A stretch of 32,000 bases of DNA from NCBI GenBank assembly GCA_032469775.1, contig JAWDJY010000003.1, positions 41,262-73,261 on the forward strand, given 5' to 3'. The DNA comes from Geobacteraceae bacterium. GTDB taxonomy: Bacteria; Desulfobacterota; Desulfuromonadia; Geobacterales; Pseudopelobacteraceae. The position numbers and the translations under genes were made by a program. Under the pieces are notes generated by a model, which was not told the DNA's origin, made no database searches, and worked only from the letters and a program-made list of their open reading frames with translations. Below, one piece after another: positions 1 through 8,461 of the stretch. The first letter of the stretch is position 1, and every line of letters starts with the position of its first letter.

Positions 1-234
1 TACATGCTGATTGTAGATCGTCAGGGCACCATGGATACCTTGACCGTACAGGTTGAGGTCAGTGAAGAGCTTTTCTCGGACGAGATCAAGGTGCTGCAGG
101 CGTTATCCCGTCGGGTTGAAAAAGAGATCAAGGATATGCTGGGTGTTACATGCACCGCGAAACTGGTGGAACCCAAAACCATCCAGCGCAGTGAAGGCAA
201 GGCCAAAAGGGTTACCGATAACAGGAAACTGTAA
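1..234 (+). CDS. paaK: Phenylacetate-CoA ligase family (PaaK / F390 synthetase-like), C-terminal fragment; the 5' end lies outside the window
   Basis: Frame 1 is open from base 1 to TAA 232-234. The tail [30 protein letters not shown] matches the characteristic C-terminal segment of PaaK-type adenylate-forming ligases. Confidence 0.8.
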   Translation, partial: YMLIVDRQGTMDTLTVQVEVSEELFSDEIKVLQALSRRVEKEIKDMLGVTCTAKLVEPKTIQRSEGKAKRVTDNRKL

Positions 235-273
235 CCCGCTTCAGTGTGATGTTCTGACCACAGGAGGAGACAC

Positions 274-705
274 ATGAAAGTAGAACAAATATCGATCTTC
301 ATTGAAAACAAATCCGGGAGACTGGCCGAAATAACCCGCATTCTGGGGGAGGCCGGCATCAATATCCGTGCACTTTCGCTGGCCGACACCTCCGATTTCG
401 GAATCCTGCGGCTGATTGTAAACGATGGCAATCAAGCCAAGTCCGTGCTGAAGGAAAAGGGTTTTACCGTTAACATGACTGAAGTTGTAGCGGTCGAAGT
501 GCCGGATACCCCCGGCGGCCTTTCTTCAATACTGCAGGTGCTGGACCGGCAACAGATCAATGTCGAGTACATGTATGCCTTTGTCGAGCGCTGTGCCGGT
601 AATGCCGTGATAATATTCCGTTTCGATGAAACCGATAAAGCCATATCTGTTTTGAAAGCCGAGAACTTCAACATTCTGGAAGGTGAACGTCTGTACAGCA
701 TGTAA
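274..705 (+). CDS. ACT domain-containing protein (two ACT repeats), the small regulatory protein typically linked to paaK
   Basis: SD aggagga lies 6-7 nt upstream of ATG 274. The N-terminus [38 protein letters not shown] is a typical ACT beta-alpha-beta start, and a second repeat begins at [20 protein letters not shown]. Confidence 0.8.
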   Translation: MKVEQISIFIENKSGRLAEITRILGEAGINIRALSLADTSDFGILRLIVNDGNQAKSVLKEKGFTVNMTEVVAVEVPDTPGGLSSILQVLDRQQINVEYMYAFVERCAGNAVIIFRFDETDKAISVLKAENFNILEGERLYSM

Positions 706-728
706 GTTACATTCAAGCGGAGGTTACA

Positions 729-1871
729 ATGAAAAAGTTTTTTGCGGTATGCGGTGTGCTCTGTTTCAGTCTCGTGTTCGCAACAATGTCGTTCGCAGCC
801 GGCACCATCAAGATAGGTGGTCTTTTTGCGGTGACGGGGCCGGCTTCTTTCCTGGGTGAACCAGAGAAGAAAACTCTGGAAATGCTGGCCAAGGAGGCCA
901 ACGACAAGGGTGGCATCAACGGCATGAAGGTTGAGGTCGTCATCTACGACACGACCGGCGACGCCACCAAGGCGGTGCAGCTTGCCACCAAGCTGATCAA
1001 GGACGACAAGGTGTCCGTAATTATTGGACCCAGCACTACCGGCGAATCGATGGCGGTCATCCCGGTTGCCGAAAAGGAAAAGATTCCGCTGATTTCCTGT
1101 GCAGCCGGCATCAAGATTACCGAGCCGGTCAAACAGTGGGTGTTCAAGACGCCGGCCAACGACCATGTCGCCGCTGAGAAGATATTGAATTACATGGCAA
1201 AACAGAAGCAGAAAAACATTGCGCTGCTGACAGTCACCGACGGATTCGGTTCTTCCGGACGTGAGCAGATCAAGACACTGGCCAAACAGAAAGGGTTTGC
1301 GATAGTTGCCGATGAAGTCTACGGACCCAAAGATACCGACATGACAGCCCAGTTAACCAAGATTCGCGGCATCAAGCCGGATGTGATCATCTGCTGGGGC
1401 ACCAATCCGGGACCGGCCGTGATCACCAAGAATGTCAAGCAGCTTGGTATCAAGATTCCGCTTTACATGAGCCATGGTGTGGCATCCAAAAAGTTCATCG
1501 AACTGGCCGGTCCGGATGCGGCCGAAGGCGTGATGCTTCCAGCAGGCAAACTGGCCATCTATGATGTGCTCCCGAAAAACGACATCCAGTACAAGCTGCT
1601 CAAGGATTATGACCAAGCCTACAGAAAAGCGCATGGCGTCGAGGCTTCCACTTTTGGCGGATATGCCTACGATGCCTGGCTGTTGGCAACCGCTGCTATC
1701 AAAAAGTCGGGAACAACCCCTGATAAAATTCGCAGCGGAATCGAGCAGACCAAAAAACTGACCAGTATTTCAGGAGTTTTCAATATGTCGCCGAAAGATC
1801 ACAATGGGCTCGACCTGTCGGCTTTTGAAATGGTTAAAGTCAGCAAGGGTGACTGGGTATTGATCAAGTAA
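729..1871 (+). CDS. ABC transporter periplasmic substrate-binding protein, LivK/HAAT family (paralog 1)
   Basis: Signal peptide MKKFFAVCGVLCFSLVFATMSFAAG. IKIGGLFAVTGPASFLGEP and DTTGDATKAVQLATKLI are typical type I periplasmic binding protein motifs. SD ggagg lies upstream. Confidence 0.9.
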   Translation: MKKFFAVCGVLCFSLVFATMSFAAGTIKIGGLFAVTGPASFLGEPEKKTLEMLAKEANDKGGINGMKVEVVIYDTTGDATKAVQLATKLIKDDKVSVIIGPSTTGESMAVIPVAEKEKIPLISCAAGIKITEPVKQWVFKTPANDHVAAEKILNYMAKQKQKNIALLTVTDGFGSSGREQIKTLAKQKGFAIVADEVYGPKDTDMTAQLTKIRGIKPDVIICWGTNPGPAVITKNVKQLGIKIPLYMSHGVASKKFIELAGPDAAEGVMLPAGKLAIYDVLPKNDIQYKLLKDYDQAYRKAHGVEASTFGGYAYDAWLLATAAIKKSGTTPDKIRSGIEQTKKLTSISGVFNMSPKDHNGLDLSAFEMVKVSKGDWVLIK

Positions 1872-1901
1872 TAAAAATTCAAGTCTAACGGAGGACACTC
1901 A

Positions 1902-3041
1902 ATGAAATTCCGCCTTCTTTCATTTTTGTTTGCAGCCGTTACCATGCTGCTTTCCACAAACGCATTTGCAGCCGCTCCGATCAAGATCGGTGCTCTGTTT
2001 GCCGTGACCGGCCCAGCTGCTTTTCTGGGAGAACCTGAGCGTAACACAGCCAAGATGATCGTTGACGAGATCAACAAGGCCGGGGGAGTAAAGGGGCGCA
2101 AGCTGGAACTGGTCTCGTACGACACCGCCGGTGATGCCACCAAGGCTGTACAGCTTGCCACCAAGTTGATCAAGGACGATAAGGTCGTTGCCATCATCGG
2201 TCCCAGCACTACCGGTGAAACGATGGCGGTCATTCCAGTGGTCGAAAAGGAACAGGTTCCGCTGATTTCCTGTTCCGCCGGCAGCAAAATAACCGACCCG
2301 GTCAAGAAGTGGGTATTCAAAACAGCCCAGAATGATGCCCTGGCGGTCGGCCGGATTTTTGAATACCTGCAGAAACACAAACAGACCAACGTTGCCATCC
2401 TGACCGTTTCCGATGGTTTCGGCGCTTCGGGACGTGAGCAGTTGAAGTCACAGGCGAGCAAGTTCGGTATCAAAATCGTCTCTGATGACACCTATGGCCC
2501 GAAAGACACCGATATGACTGCCCAGTTGACCAAAATTCGCGGTTCCAATGCCCAGGCCATTATCTGCTGGGGTACCAATCCAGGGCCGGCCGTGGTTGCA
2601 AAAAATGCCCGTCAACTAGGCATCAAGACCCCGTTGTTCATGAGCCATGGCGTGTCATCCAAGAAATTCATTGACCTGGCCGGTGATGCGGCGGAAGGTG
2701 TCAAACTTCCTTCCGGAAAGGTATTGGTGTGTGACCTGTTGCCAAAAACCGATTCCCAAAAAAAATCTCTGGTGTCTTTCGTGAAGGATTATCAGAATCA
2801 CTACAAGGCCGAGGGTGATCATTTCGGAGGGCATGCCTGGGACGCAGTCATGCTATTGAAAAATGCTATTGAGCGCGGCGCTGACACACCTTCATCCATC
2901 CGGGACCAGCTGGAAAAAACCAAGAACTTCTGCGGAATAGGCGGCACATTTACCTATAGTGCCCAGGATCACGCAGGACTTGGCAAGGATGCCTTCGTGC
3001 TGGTTGAGATTAAGAACAGGGACTGGGTTATAGTCAAGTAG
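1902..3041 (+). CDS. ABC transporter periplasmic substrate-binding protein, LivK/HAAT family (paralog 2, tandem duplicate)
   Basis: Signal peptide MKFRLLSFLFAAVTMLLSTNAFAAA. It shares long identical runs with paralog 1 (GDATKAVQLATKLIKDDKV, YGPKDTDMTAQLTKIRG, IICWGTNPGPAV). SD ggagga lies upstream. Confidence 0.9.
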   Translation: MKFRLLSFLFAAVTMLLSTNAFAAAPIKIGALFAVTGPAAFLGEPERNTAKMIVDEINKAGGVKGRKLELVSYDTAGDATKAVQLATKLIKDDKVVAIIGPSTTGETMAVIPVVEKEQVPLISCSAGSKITDPVKKWVFKTAQNDALAVGRIFEYLQKHKQTNVAILTVSDGFGASGREQLKSQASKFGIKIVSDDTYGPKDTDMTAQLTKIRGSNAQAIICWGTNPGPAVVAKNARQLGIKTPLFMSHGVSSKKFIDLAGDAAEGVKLPSGKVLVCDLLPKTDSQKKSLVSFVKDYQNHYKAEGDHFGGHAWDAVMLLKNAIERGADTPSSIRDQLEKTKNFCGIGGTFTYSAQDHAGLGKDAFVLVEIKNRDWVIVK

Positions 3042-3063
3042 TCAAATACAAATATAATATGCT

Positions 3064-3115
3064 CCCTCTCCCTTGGGGAGAGGGTCGGAGTCAGGGGGGG
3101 ATGTTTTTTATCCCC
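3064..3115. repeat. REP-like intergenic palindromic element (two GC-rich hairpins)
   Basis: Hairpin A is CCCTCTCCC (3064-3072) / GGGAGAGGG (3076-3084) with a 3-nt loop. Hairpin B is GGGGAT (3097-3102) / ATCCCC (3110-3115) with a 7-nt loop. A G7 run lies between them. The element sits between the binding-protein and permease genes. Confidence 0.6.
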
Positions 3116-3128
3116 ACCCAAACCCCAA

Positions 3129-3160
3129 CCCTCACCTTGATGGTGAGGGAGTTTTTATTT
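3129..3160 (+). terminator. Intrinsic terminator/attenuator-like hairpin between the binding-protein genes and livH
   Basis: CCCTCACC (3129-3136) pairs with GGTGAGGG (3142-3149) around a 5-nt loop, followed by aGTTTTTATTT. Confidence 0.45.
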
Positions 3161-3175
3161 CAGAAACGGGACAAA

Positions 3176-4057
3176 ATGCTGTTCGATCAAATACTTCAAT
3201 ATACTTTGTCTGGTTTGTCTACCGGCGCAATCTATGCGCTGATCGGCATCGGTTTCTCAATCATCTACAATGCAACCGGTATCATCAATTTCGCCCAGGG
3301 GGAATTTGTCATGCTGGGCGGATTGCTGACACTGACCTGTCTGGATCTGCTGAAATTGCCGATCTGGGCTGCGATCCCATGCGCTGTGGCTGTTTCAACC
3401 CTGGCGGGCCTGTTGTTCGAGCGATTGGCAATCAGGCCGCTCAGGCAACCAACCCCGATCAACCTGGTAATTATCACCATTGGAGGCAGTATCCTGATCC
3501 GTGGCCTGGCAATGCTGATCTGGGGCAAGGATACCCATGCGATACCATCCTTCAGCGGTGATGAGCCGATTGCGATCGGCGGCGCTACCATTCTGCCGCA
3601 GCATCTCTGGATACTTGCCATTACTGTGGTGATAATCGCGATCAACAAGTTTTATTTCTACCATACCATCAGCGGTAAGGCCATGCGGGCCTGCGCCTAT
3701 AACCGACGGGCCGCAGGTCTGGTCGGTATCGATGTCCGCCGTATGGTCCTTTTCTCATTCATGATCAGTTCAGCGATGGGAGCGGTAGCCGGAATCATAG
3801 TAGCTCCGCTGACGATGATCGCCTATGATGTAGGCGTCATGCTCGGTCTGAAAGGTTTCTGCGCCGCAATCATCGGCGGCATGAGCAGCGGCATTGCCAC
3901 GGTGGTGGGAGGCTTGCTGCTGGGGGTGCTGGAATCTTTGGGCGCCGGGCTGATTTCGTCCGGTTACAAGGATGCCATAGCGTTCATCATACTGCTGCTG
4001 ATCCTCTTTATCCGCCCGCAGGGGCTGTTCGGCAAAGCCGATTCGGAGCGGGTCTGA
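3176..4057 (+). CDS. livH: Branched-chain/hydrophobic amino acid ABC transporter permease (LivH family)
   Basis: MLFDQILQYTLSGLSTGAIYALIGIGFSIIYNATGIINFAQGEF is the canonical LivH N-terminus. The 39 codons upstream in the track ORF (3059-3175) are a translation of the hairpin element, so ATG 3176 is preferred. Confidence 0.9.
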   Translation: MLFDQILQYTLSGLSTGAIYALIGIGFSIIYNATGIINFAQGEFVMLGGLLTLTCLDLLKLPIWAAIPCAVAVSTLAGLLFERLAIRPLRQPTPINLVIITIGGSILIRGLAMLIWGKDTHAIPSFSGDEPIAIGGATILPQHLWILAITVVIIAINKFYFYHTISGKAMRACAYNRRAAGLVGIDVRRMVLFSFMISSAMGAVAGIIVAPLTMIAYDVGVMLGLKGFCAAIIGGMSSGIATVVGGLLLGVLESLGAGLISSGYKDAIAFIILLLILFIRPQGLFGKADSERV

Positions 4058-4061
4058 TACC

Positions 4062-5021
4062 ATGAAAAGAGAACTGCTGAAATTCGCCGCTTTTACCTTG
4101 CTGATACTGTTGCTGCCGCTGCTGTTCAATGGCGGATATCTGATGAATGTACTGGTCTTCGTCGGCATCAATACCATGTTGGCGATTGCGCTGAACCTGC
4201 TGCTGGGTTACGCCGGTCAGATTTCGCTCGGTCATGCCGGTTTCTTCGGTCTGGGAGCCTACCTGTCGGGTGTCCTGACCGCTACATATGACTGGAATCC
4301 CTGGCAGGCCATGCCTGTCGCCGCGATAGTCGTCGGTTGCATGGCGTTCCTGATCGGATTTCCGATTCTGAAACTCAAAGGGCATTATCTGGCCATGGCC
4401 ACGCTCGGTCTTGGTATCATCATCTATATCGTGTTCAACGAAACCATCGATCTTACTGGCGGTCCGTCCGGACTTTCCGGAATACCCAGCCTGGAAGCAG
4501 GTGGGATCGTCTTTGATTCCGATGTGAAAAACTATTACCTGATCTGGGGGGTTACGTTGGCTGTGGTCCTGTTCTCGATCAATCTGGCCAACTCCCGTGT
4601 CGGACGCGCCCTGCGGGCGGTGCATGATTCCGAGGTGGCTGCCCAGGTAGTCGGCGTCAATGCCCGTCTGCTGAAGGTGCAGGTGTTTGCCCTGTCCGCG
4701 GTCATTTCTTCGCTGGCCGGAAGTCTCTATGCCCACACGATGACCTTCATCTCTCCGGCGTCGTTCGGTTTCAACTTCTCCGTGGAGCTGCTGACCATGG
4801 TGGTGATCGGTGGTCTGGGCAGCGTCTACGGGTCGTTTCTGGGAGCGGCGCTACTGACGCTGCTGCCCGAATTCCTGCGGGCGGCCCAGGACTACGATAT
4901 CATAATATACGGAGGACTGCTGGTGGTCATGGTGATGTTCATGCCAGGAGGGCTGGTGCGTGGTATTCCTGAACTGTTCAGGAAGGTTTTCAAGTCACGA
5001 GGAGGCGCCGATCATGCTTGA
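4062..5021 (+). CDS. livM: Branched-chain/hydrophobic amino acid ABC transporter permease (LivM family)
   Basis: Polytopic membrane protein. LLLGYAGQISLGHAGFFGLGAYLSG is the LivM signature. It starts 4 nt after the livH stop. Confidence 0.9.
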   Translation: MKRELLKFAAFTLLILLLPLLFNGGYLMNVLVFVGINTMLAIALNLLLGYAGQISLGHAGFFGLGAYLSGVLTATYDWNPWQAMPVAAIVVGCMAFLIGFPILKLKGHYLAMATLGLGIIIYIVFNETIDLTGGPSGLSGIPSLEAGGIVFDSDVKNYYLIWGVTLAVVLFSINLANSRVGRALRAVHDSEVAAQVVGVNARLLKVQVFALSAVISSLAGSLYAHTMTFISPASFGFNFSVELLTMVVIGGLGSVYGSFLGAALLTLLPEFLRAAQDYDIIIYGGLLVVMVMFMPGGLVRGIPELFRKVFKSRGGADHA

Positions 5022-5769
5022 GGTCACCGGTATTACCCAGATATTCGGAGGAGTTACCGCCCTGGAAGATGTGACGTTCCGGGTCAACCGGGGTGACATT
5101 ACCGGTGTCATCGGCCCCAACGGAGCTGGCAAGACCACTCTTTTCAATATTATTACCGGTATTTATAACCAGACATCCGGCAAGGTGTTTTTTGAGGACA
5201 AGGATATATCCGGCCTGCCGCCAGAGAAACTGGCACGGCTGGCGATGGTGCGCACCTTCCAGAATATCGAACTCTTCGGAGGTATGACCGTGCATGAAAA
5301 TGTGATGGTCGGCATGCACACCAAAAGTTCAAGCGGTCTGTTGTCATGTGCACTGAAGATGCCCTGGAGCATTTCCGAGGAACGCCGGATCCGCAACGAG
5401 TCGATGAAATGGCTTGAATTTACCGGTATCACCGATCTGGCGGAGGTTGAAGCCGGCAACCTTCCTTTCGGCAAGGGACGCCTGCTGGAAATAGCCCGGG
5501 CGTTGGCGGTAGAACCCCGCATCATACTGATGGACGAACCGGCCGCCGGACTTAACAGTCAGGAAACCCAGGGGCTGGCCCGACTGATAAAAAAAATCCG
5601 GGATCTGGGCATTACGGTGGTACTGGTGGAGCACGACATGGAGCTGGTAATGGATATCTGTGACCGGATCGTAGTACTTAACCTGGGCCGGAAACTGGCC
5701 GAAGGAACTCCGCGCGAGATACAGGAAAATCCTGAGGTGATAGCAGCCTATCTGGGGGATGACGACTGA
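5014..5769 (+). CDS. livG: ABC transporter ATP-binding protein (LivG family)
   Basis: Walker A GPNGAGKTT, signature LPFGKGRLLEIARAL, Walker B ILMDEPAAGL. ATG 5014 has SD ggagg (5001-5005) and overlaps the livM end. The track start at 4960 is less likely. Confidence 0.9.
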   Translation: MLEVTGITQIFGGVTALEDVTFRVNRGDITGVIGPNGAGKTTLFNIITGIYNQTSGKVFFEDKDISGLPPEKLARLAMVRTFQNIELFGGMTVHENVMVGMHTKSSSGLLSCALKMPWSISEERRIRNESMKWLEFTGITDLAEVEAGNLPFGKGRLLEIARALAVEPRIILMDEPAAGLNSQETQGLARLIKKIRDLGITVVLVEHDMELVMDICDRIVVLNLGRKLAEGTPREIQENPEVIAAYLGDDD

Positions 5770-6512
5770 TGCTGCGACTGAAAAACATCAACACCTATTA
5801 CGGCAAGGTGCATGCTCTTAAAAATGTTTCACTGCATTTGGGCGAAGGGGAGATCGTCACCCTGATTGGCGCCAACGGCGCAGGCAAGACCACGATCCTC
5901 AACTCCATCTCTGCCGTGACTCCCGCCTCGAATGGTGAAATACTGTTCCGCAAGGAACCGGTCATGTCTCTGCAGCCGGACAGGGTTGTAAAACTCGGAA
6001 TTTCACAGGTGCCGGAAGGACGGCAGGTCTTCAAGCCGCTTTCGGTTGAAGACAACCTGCAGTTGGGCGCCTATCTGCGTTACCGTGGGCGCGAGGGGAA
6101 GGCCGCTATTCAAAAGGACATGGAAAAGGTATTCGCGCTGTTCCCGCGCCTGGAGGAACGGCGCAAACAGCTGGCCGGCACCATGTCGGGCGGCGAACAG
6201 CAGATGCTGGCCATCGGTCGTGCCCTGATGGCCAACCCGAAACTGCTGCTGCTGGATGAGCCGTCAATGGGGCTGGCGCCGCTGGTCGTACAGGAAATAT
6301 TCAGGGTGCTTGAACGTCTGCGTCAAGAGAGCGGAACAACCATTCTGCTGGTTGAACAGAACGCCAAGGCGGCTCTCAAGCTGGCTGACCGGGGCTATGT
6401 GCTGGAAACCGGCAAGGTTATCCTGGAAGGAGCGGCGGACGAACTGCTGGAAAATGCCGAAGTGAAACGCGCCTATCTGGGCAAGGATAAAAAGGAAATG
6501 TGGGAGCGCTAA
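5769..6512 (+). CDS. livF: ABC transporter ATP-binding protein (LivF family)
   Basis: Walker A GANGAGKTT, signature MSGGEQQMLAIGRAL, Walker B LLLDEPSMGLAP. TGATG overlap with the livG stop. Confidence 0.9.
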   Translation: MLRLKNINTYYGKVHALKNVSLHLGEGEIVTLIGANGAGKTTILNSISAVTPASNGEILFRKEPVMSLQPDRVVKLGISQVPEGRQVFKPLSVEDNLQLGAYLRYRGREGKAAIQKDMEKVFALFPRLEERRKQLAGTMSGGEQQMLAIGRALMANPKLLLLDEPSMGLAPLVVQEIFRVLERLRQESGTTILLVEQNAKAALKLADRGYVLETGKVILEGAADELLENAEVKRAYLGKDKKEMWER

Positions 6513-6582
6513 TACTGCTCCCGGGAACTAACTCTTAAAATACAAACCATCAGGCAGTAACATTCGAAAGGAAGTAAACCAA

Positions 6583-7581
6583 ATGCGTTTTCCGATGCGT
6601 CTCAATTATGATCTGACCAGATACATCGTCAGTAACAAACTGAACAAGGTTGAAAAGTATCCGCTGGTGCTGATGCTGGAGCCGACCCATCTGTGTAATC
6701 TTGCCTGTTCCGGCTGTGGCCGGATCCGTGAGTATGCCGATACGATACAGGAAATGATGAGTCTGGAGGATTGCCTTAAGTCGGTTGATGAATGTCCGGC
6801 GCCGGTGGTTACCATAACCGGTGGCGAGCCTTTCCTCTATCCGCATATTTACCAGCTCATCGAAGAGGTGCTTGATCGTGGCAAGCATATCTATCTCTGT
6901 ACAAACGGCATTCTGCTTGAAAAAGCGCTCGACTCGATGAAGCCGCATCCTAATTTCACGATTAATGTTCATATGGATGGTCTGGAGGAAACCCATGACC
7001 GCATTCTGGAGCGCAAGGGCGCTTTCAAAATCGGTATGGCGGCTATCAAAAAGGCTAAGGAACTTGGTTTCAGGGTGTGTACAAATACCACTATTTTCAA
7101 GGAAACCGACCTGGTTGAAATCGAGATGCTGTTCACGCATCTGGAAGAGATCGGCGTAGATGGTCTGCTGGTTGCTCCCGGATTCGGTTATGAAGCCGTC
7201 GGGGAAAAGCTTTTTCTGGAGCGGCGTGATATTGAACGCAAATTTGCCGAAGTTTATGAGATGAGCAAGAAGCACCGTTTCTTTTCGACTCCCATGTACC
7301 TGAGATTTCTCAAGGGTGAAAAGAAGCTGGAGTGTACACCATGGGGCAATCCGACCCGTAATCCGCGTGGCTGGAAGGCTCCTTGCTATCTGATCACCGA
7401 TGAACACTATTCGACTTTCAGGGAGATGATGGAAAAGACCGACTGGGACAAGTACGGGGTTGGCAAAGACCCTCGTTGCGCCCAGTGCATGATGCACTGC
7501 GGTTTCGAACCGACGGTTGTCAATGAGATCGGTAAGAGCTGGAAGGATATTCTGGAAATGATGATCTGGAACATGACCTGA
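6583..7581 (+). CDS. hpnH: Radical SAM protein, HpnH-like (adenosylhopane synthase family: radical SAM core plus DUF3463-type C-terminal domain)
   Basis: The CNLACSGCGRIREY CxxxCxxC cluster follows KYPLVLMLEPTHLCN. The C-terminal CTPWGNPTRNPRGWKAPCYLITDEHYSTFREMMEKTDWDKYGVGKDPRCAQCMMHCGFEP matches my recollection of the HpnH C-terminal domain. Confidence 0.75.
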   Translation: MRFPMRLNYDLTRYIVSNKLNKVEKYPLVLMLEPTHLCNLACSGCGRIREYADTIQEMMSLEDCLKSVDECPAPVVTITGGEPFLYPHIYQLIEEVLDRGKHIYLCTNGILLEKALDSMKPHPNFTINVHMDGLEETHDRILERKGAFKIGMAAIKKAKELGFRVCTNTTIFKETDLVEIEMLFTHLEEIGVDGLLVAPGFGYEAVGEKLFLERRDIERKFAEVYEMSKKHRFFSTPMYLRFLKGEKKLECTPWGNPTRNPRGWKAPCYLITDEHYSTFREMMEKTDWDKYGVGKDPRCAQCMMHCGFEPTVVNEIGKSWKDILEMMIWNMT

Positions 7582-7607
7582 GTCGATTCAGTTATTTGTT
7601 TCAAAAT

Positions 7608-7647
7608 AAATCCGTTGACTGTTTAAACCGGTTCAACGGATTTTAAG
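7608..7647 (+). terminator. Putative intrinsic terminator after hpnH
   Basis: An 11-bp stem AAATCCGTTGA (7608-7618) / TCAACGGATTT (7633-7643) with a 14-nt loop, followed by a T-rich tail. Confidence 0.5.
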
Positions 7648-7657
7648 TTTAGTTGTA

Positions 7658-8392
7658 ATGAAGAACGGGAGAAGGAGGCGTTTGCCAATGCCGGAAAATC
7701 TGTTGATTCCATCGGTTGATTTGAGGATCGGTTCTTTGGAGGAGTACAATCGCCAGCAGAAGCTGAAGGCCGGTTCAAATCGCCACATGCCGAAACCGCG
7801 CCCGTGTGTTACCGTTTCACGGGAGTACGGCTGCGAGGGGTATCCTGTGGCGGAGCTCTTGCGTGAAATGTTGATGCGAAAGACCGGAGAGGAATGGGTG
7901 CTGATCGACAGAGCCGTTCTTGAAGAACTTGCCCGTCGGCATAACATTTCCGAAGAGATTTTGATGCGATTGGGAGAGAAAAACCGGATTTTGAACGAGG
8001 TGCTTTCTACCTTTTCACCGCGCTGGACCAGTGACCAGGATTATTTCCGAATGTTATGCCGACATGTGGTTTCTCTTGCGGAGCAGGGTAATGTGATCAT
8101 TGTGGAACTGGGCGGCGCCATCATTACCCGGCATTTTGAAAATGCTCATCATTTCAGGCTGTATGCTTCCCAAGCCTTCAAGGTTGGCGCAATTGCCCGC
8201 AGACTGGGGATTCCGGTCGAAGATGCCGAAAAAATTGTAGAAAAGCAGCAGCGTTTGCGCGATCGTTTTACCAAGGACTTCCTGGGTCAGGACGACCATG
8301 ATTCATGCCATTACGACCTGCTGTTCAATAACGACCGAAATACACCGGAAAAGATTGCAATGACGATTGCAGATCATATTACGGCAGGCTGA
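7658..8392 (+). CDS. Cytidylate kinase-like family protein (AAA/P-loop-like; function unknown)
   Basis: CVTVSREYGCEGYPVAELL resembles the (I/V)TISREYGSGG start of the cytidylate-kinase-like family. The start codon is uncertain (in-frame ATGs at 7658, 7688, 7787). Confidence 0.65.
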   Translation: MKNGRRRRLPMPENLLIPSVDLRIGSLEEYNRQQKLKAGSNRHMPKPRPCVTVSREYGCEGYPVAELLREMLMRKTGEEWVLIDRAVLEELARRHNISEEILMRLGEKNRILNEVLSTFSPRWTSDQDYFRMLCRHVVSLAEQGNVIIVELGGAIITRHFENAHHFRLYASQAFKVGAIARRLGIPVEDAEKIVEKQQRLRDRFTKDFLGQDDHDSCHYDLLFNNDRNTPEKIAMTIADHITAG

Positions 8393-8410
8393 ACTGTGCT
8401 GTACATGCCC

Positions 8411-8456
8411 GCTCCGGCCCAGTCCATGACCGGAGCAGGGCAAGCCCTCCTTTTCT
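8411..8456 (+). terminator. Hairpin pair in the convergent gap between the kinase-like gene and the cytochrome gene
   Basis: GCTCCGG (8411-8417) pairs with CCGGAGC (8430-8436), followed by AGGGCAAGCCCT and CCTTTTCTT. Confidence 0.4.
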
Positions 8457-8461
8457 TACTG

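Noticed and set aside
432-1166. Long antisense ORFs in the track: 432-1166(-), 1799-2491(-), 4008-4736(-), 6550-7497(-), 9713-10456(+), 15549-16673(-), 22429-23220(-).
   Set aside because: Each lies fully opposite a CDS with strong family-level motifs (binding proteins, LivM, HpnH, aldolase-fold, M29 peptidase, Wzt). Their translations are low-complexity and R/G/H/P-rich with no recognisable motifs, which is typical of shadow ORFs in moderately GC-rich DNA.
3059-3175. A 39-codon N-terminal extension of livH in the ORF track (MLPLPWGEGRSQGG...).
   Set aside because: It is the translation of the REP-like hairpins. The canonical LivH N-terminus begins at ATG 3176.
4960-5013. Upstream starts for livG (4960), the Cys-tail ORF (17014), the M50 protease (TTG 14683), GT4 (TTG 29061) and glnB (ATG 12765).
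   Set aside because: In each case a downstream start has a proper SD at 5-9 nt and matches the family's usual N-terminus. The longer forms overlap the preceding gene or add atypical residues.
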